This document shows positions 61,221 through 64,000 of a stretch of DNA of 64,000 bases, in pieces. The stretch comes from Alphaproteobacteria bacterium. GTDB lineage: Bacteria; Pseudomonadota; Alphaproteobacteria; UBA828. Each line of letters opens with the position of its first letter. The stretch's first letter is position 1. Made by a program: the position numbers and the translations under genes. Under the pieces are notes generated by a model. It was not told the origin of the DNA, searched no databases, and was given only the letters and a program-made list of their open reading frames with translations. The DNA is taken from the NCBI GenBank assembly GCA_965220825.1, contig OZ244839.1:286148-350147 (forward strand), given 5' to 3'.

Positions 61221-62765
61221 TCAGTTGCGGGCGCGGCGGGGCCGGGCGGGCGTATCGGGCGTCTCGCAGCCCACTGGGCAGCAGCGGCCCGGCTGCCGGT
61301 CGCGGCTCGGTGCGTTCGTCTCGTCGGTCAGCACGCCCCGCTCCAGCAGGCGCTCGACCAGCGCGACCTTCTCCTGAAGCGGGTAGCTGCGGAAGATTTC
61401 GAGCCCCGTCGCGGCGGGCGAGCCGCCGCCATGCAGACTGATGACCGAATACCAGCCCGCCTCGTCGGAGGCGGTGAGATCCTCGATCAGGCGCGCGACC
61501 TCCATGCGCTCGGCATGGGGCACGTCTTCGCGACCCCGGAGCATCTCGGCGAGGGAGCCTGCGGTGGCGGGGTTGTGGTCCTCGTCGGGTCCCGGAAGCG
61601 CCACCACCAGCCCGCCGGAAACGTCGTGGGAGAGCCGGTGCATGTCGTAGATCTGGGTGGAGAGGAGCAGCTTGCCGATGTTCACGAACACCCGGTCCGG
61701 TTCGTGGCACCCGGATTCGTCCGCCCGGCCGTAGACCGAGCCCGCGACCCCGCAGGCATAGAAGCCTTCCACGATCTTGATCAGATCGGTCATGCGTTCG
61801 CGCAGATGATGCGTCTTGTCCACCGGCAGGCCGTTGGCTTCCGCCATCAGAACGCCGGCGCCGATCAGGAGGTCGCCGAAGCCCGCCCGCGCCCCGATGC
61901 AGGAGTGCCGATGATGGGTCGCGTAAGCCTGGGCGAGGAACTGGGTGTAGCGCCACTCCCCGGCCAGGAACACCCGCTCCCAGGGCACGAACACGTCCTC
62001 GAAGATCACCACGCCGGTGGATTGTCCGTATTTCGCGCTGAACTTCGCGGCGGCGTTCCCCGGTCGGCCGGCAGGCCGCGCGACGATGGTGAGCCCCTCC
62101 GCGTCCGCAGGAACGGCGCAGCAGACGGCAAACGACGCATCGTCCTCGGTCATGTTGCGGCAGGGCATGACGAGGAATTCGTGCATGTAGGGCGCGCCGG
62201 TGACGATGGCCTTGACGCCCCGGATCACGATGCCGTCCGGCCGGCGCCTGGCGATATGGACGTAAGAATCCCGGTTGGCCTGGGCGTGGGGCCGTCGCGA
62301 GCGGTCTCCCTTGCCGTCGGTCATGGCGACGCCGAGGGTGAGGTCCTCCGCCTGAACGCGGTGGAGGTATGCGAGAAAGCGCGCGTGGATGTCGCTTCCT
62401 GTCTCCCGGTCCATGCGGTGGGTGGTCTGGTGTATGGCGTTGAGGCCGTCCTGGGTGAGGTAGCGCTGGGCGCAGCCCGTGTTCTGGCAGGCCAGGCGGA
62501 CGGCTTCCAGCTTGTGGAGCTGGTCCTCGGTGGAGCGGTTGATGTGCAGGAAGCGGTTGACCTCGCCGCCGGTGCTTTCCTCCGTCGCCGTCATGACGTG
62601 GCGGTGGCGCGCGTCGAGCGCCAGGTCGTAGGTCAGGCCGACGGCAGCGATCCCCGGCCCGAAACGCGGCTCGTCGGCGACCGAAGAGACGGCCTCTCCG
62701 TCGAGAAAGACCCGGGGCGCAAGGCTGCGGAGCGAATCCCGGTACTGTTCGGCCGACATGAACAT
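61221..62765 (-). CDS. HpaB/AbfD superfamily flavoprotein (4-hydroxybutyryl-CoA dehydratase-like, with altered ligands)
   Basis: Y.DSLR, AMTDGKGDRS.RP..Q, DGIVIRG.K...TG, IFEDVFVPWERVFL, GG.VV.LP, HGGGSP. Confidence 0.85.
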   Translation of the reverse strand: MFMSAEQYRDSLRSLAPRVFLDGEAVSSVADEPRFGPGIAAVGLTYDLALDARHRHVMTATEESTGGEVNRFLHINRSTEDQLHKLEAVRLACQNTGCAQRYLTQDGLNAIHQTTHRMDRETGSDIHARFLAYLHRVQAEDLTLGVAMTDGKGDRSRRPHAQANRDSYVHIARRRPDGIVIRGVKAIVTGAPYMHEFLVMPCRNMTEDDASFAVCCAVPADAEGLTIVARPAGRPGNAAAKFSAKYGQSTGVVIFEDVFVPWERVFLAGEWRYTQFLAQAYATHHRHSCIGARAGFGDLLIGAGVLMAEANGLPVDKTHHLRERMTDLIKIVEGFYACGVAGSVYGRADESGCHEPDRVFVNIGKLLLSTQIYDMHRLSHDVSGGLVVALPGPDEDHNPATAGSLAEMLRGREDVPHAERMEVARLIEDLTASDEAGWYSVISLHGGGSPAATGLEIFRSYPLQEKVALVERLLERGVLTDETNAPSRDRQPGRCCPVGCETPDTPARPRRARN

Positions 62766-62820
62766 TGTCTTGCGGTCCCTTCGCTTGGGGTGTTCGCTTG
62801 GCTGGTGCCGGACGGACGGG

Positions 62821-63705
62821 TCAGCCGGCGCCGGCCTCCCGCTGCCTGATCGCCTCCATCAGGCGGATGGTCCGTTCAGCCGTCTCGACGATGGGGTAGT
62901 CGATGAAATAGCCGTCGACCTGGATCGAGGCCGAGCCCGCGGCCTCCGCCTCCTTGAAGGCGGCGATATGTTTTTCCGCCCGCGCCACCTCTTCGGCGGT
63001 GGGCGTAAAGACCCGGTTCACCGGTGCCACCTGCCTGGGGTGGATGCAGAGCTTGCCCTGGAAGCCCGCCGCCCGCGCGGTGTGCGCCGAGGCCTCCAGG
63101 CTTTCCGGATCCGCGAGATCGATGAAGACGCTGTCGATCGGGGCTTCCAGTCCGGCGGCGCGCGATGCCAGCACGAGCTCCGCGCGGGCTGGCGCAAGCT
63201 CGGTCTCGGACGGCGTCCAGACCATGCGCATGTCTCGCGTGTAGTCGCCGGCGCCGAAGACAAGACGCTTCGCCCGCGTGCGGGCCTTTGCGATGGCCCG
63301 CACCGCGGCCATGCCGGCGCCGGTCTCGACGAGGGGGAGCAGGTCGACGGCCCCGGGCGCGAGCCCCTGCGCGCGCTCCAACTGGCCGATGAGCCAGTCG
63401 GCGGTCTCAAGCTGGCTCGGGCTCTCTACCTTGGGCAGCATGATGCCGTCCACGCCCGCAGCGACCGTGGCCACGAGATCGCCGTAGCAATAGTCCGTAT
63501 CGAGGGCGTTGACGCGGACATAGCCGAGGCAGCCGCGGGGCCGGGCCAGCGCCTCCACCACAACGGTGCGGGTCGCTTCCTTCTCGGCGGCCGCGACGGC
63601 GTCCTCGAGGTCGAGCACGACGGCGTCCGCGCCGGCGTCGAACACCTTGGCGACCTTGCGCGGATGGTTGCCGGGCGCAAACAGAATGGTCCGTAACGGT
63701 TGCAT
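62821..63705 (-). CDS. CitE-like CoA-ester lyase (HpcH/HpaI aldolase/citrate lyase family)
   Basis: LF.PG, DLEDAV...EK...R, YVRVN, MLPKVES, LVET, GF.GK.CIHP.Q, F.P. GAGG RBS before ATG 63705. Confidence 0.92.
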   Translation of the reverse strand: MQPLRTILFAPGNHPRKVAKVFDAGADAVVLDLEDAVAAAEKEATRTVVVEALARPRGCLGYVRVNALDTDYCYGDLVATVAAGVDGIMLPKVESPSQLETADWLIGQLERAQGLAPGAVDLLPLVETGAGMAAVRAIAKARTRAKRLVFGAGDYTRDMRMVWTPSETELAPARAELVLASRAAGLEAPIDSVFIDLADPESLEASAHTARAAGFQGKLCIHPRQVAPVNRVFTPTAEEVARAEKHIAAFKEAEAAGSASIQVDGYFIDYPIVETAERTIRLMEAIRQREAGAG

Positions 63706-63966
63706 GGCCGCCTCGTCGTTCCCCACCGCCACCCAATCACACACCACGCCACCGATCAAGCGAATGGCGGCCGCGGGTCGCGCGCGGCGCTCTACATTGG
63801 GTATGCGGGCCTCCAGGTCGGCCTGTTTCTTTGTGCGACGGGGCGCGCACGGGTGGGAGGGCGAATCGCCGACGCCCGCGCTCAAGATGGCGAGGGCCGT
63901 TTCCCGCAGGGGGCGAATCGGTTAGCGTCGGCGGCGTGGGATTGGTGGGAAAGGGAGCGCGGAGCC

Positions 63967-64000
63967 ATGCGTCCGTCGGGCCGCCGGAAGGACGAGATGC
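63967..64000 (+). CDS. rph: Ribonuclease PH, N-terminus only (partial)
   Basis: GGAG followed by ATG; MRPSGRRKDEM matches the typical RNase PH start. Only 11 codons are visible. Confidence 0.65.
   Translation, partial: MRPSGRRKDEM

Overview
A GC-rich bacterial chromosome segment, inferred to be alphaproteobacterial from the ribF-ileS-lspA-DUF3035-M16/M16 gene run, soxBDAG and the rph N-terminus. It is dominated by one ~20.2 kb gene (about 10550-30718, +) encoding a ~6,700-aa surface protein with a long signal peptide and 54 tandem Ig/Calx-beta-like acidic repeats. The second half of the repeat array follows a regular five-domain super-repeat. The C-terminal outer-membrane beta-barrel looks like an autotransporter barrel extended from 12 to about 18 strands. 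An AT-rich promoter island precedes this gene. The rest is catabolic and housekeeping: ppk2 (partial), class III aminotransferase, FKBP, DUF3179, Rieske oxygenase, an ABC transporter without an ATPase, SDRs, MaoC, amidase, RidA, acyl-CoA synthetase, Ldh_2 dehydrogenase, AI-2E, DedA, gmhA/gmhB-like genes, two related exported Cys proteins, an intact IS256 with an 8-bp target duplication, ggt plus class II aldolase, sarcosine oxidase, and amidohydrolases. A CitE / AbfD-like / SnoaL operon is also notable because the AbfD-like protein has rearranged metal ligands. I recognised no rRNA, tRNA or CRISPR array. All family calls come from reading motifs by eye, not from database searches, and start codons were chosen by RBS and motif logic.
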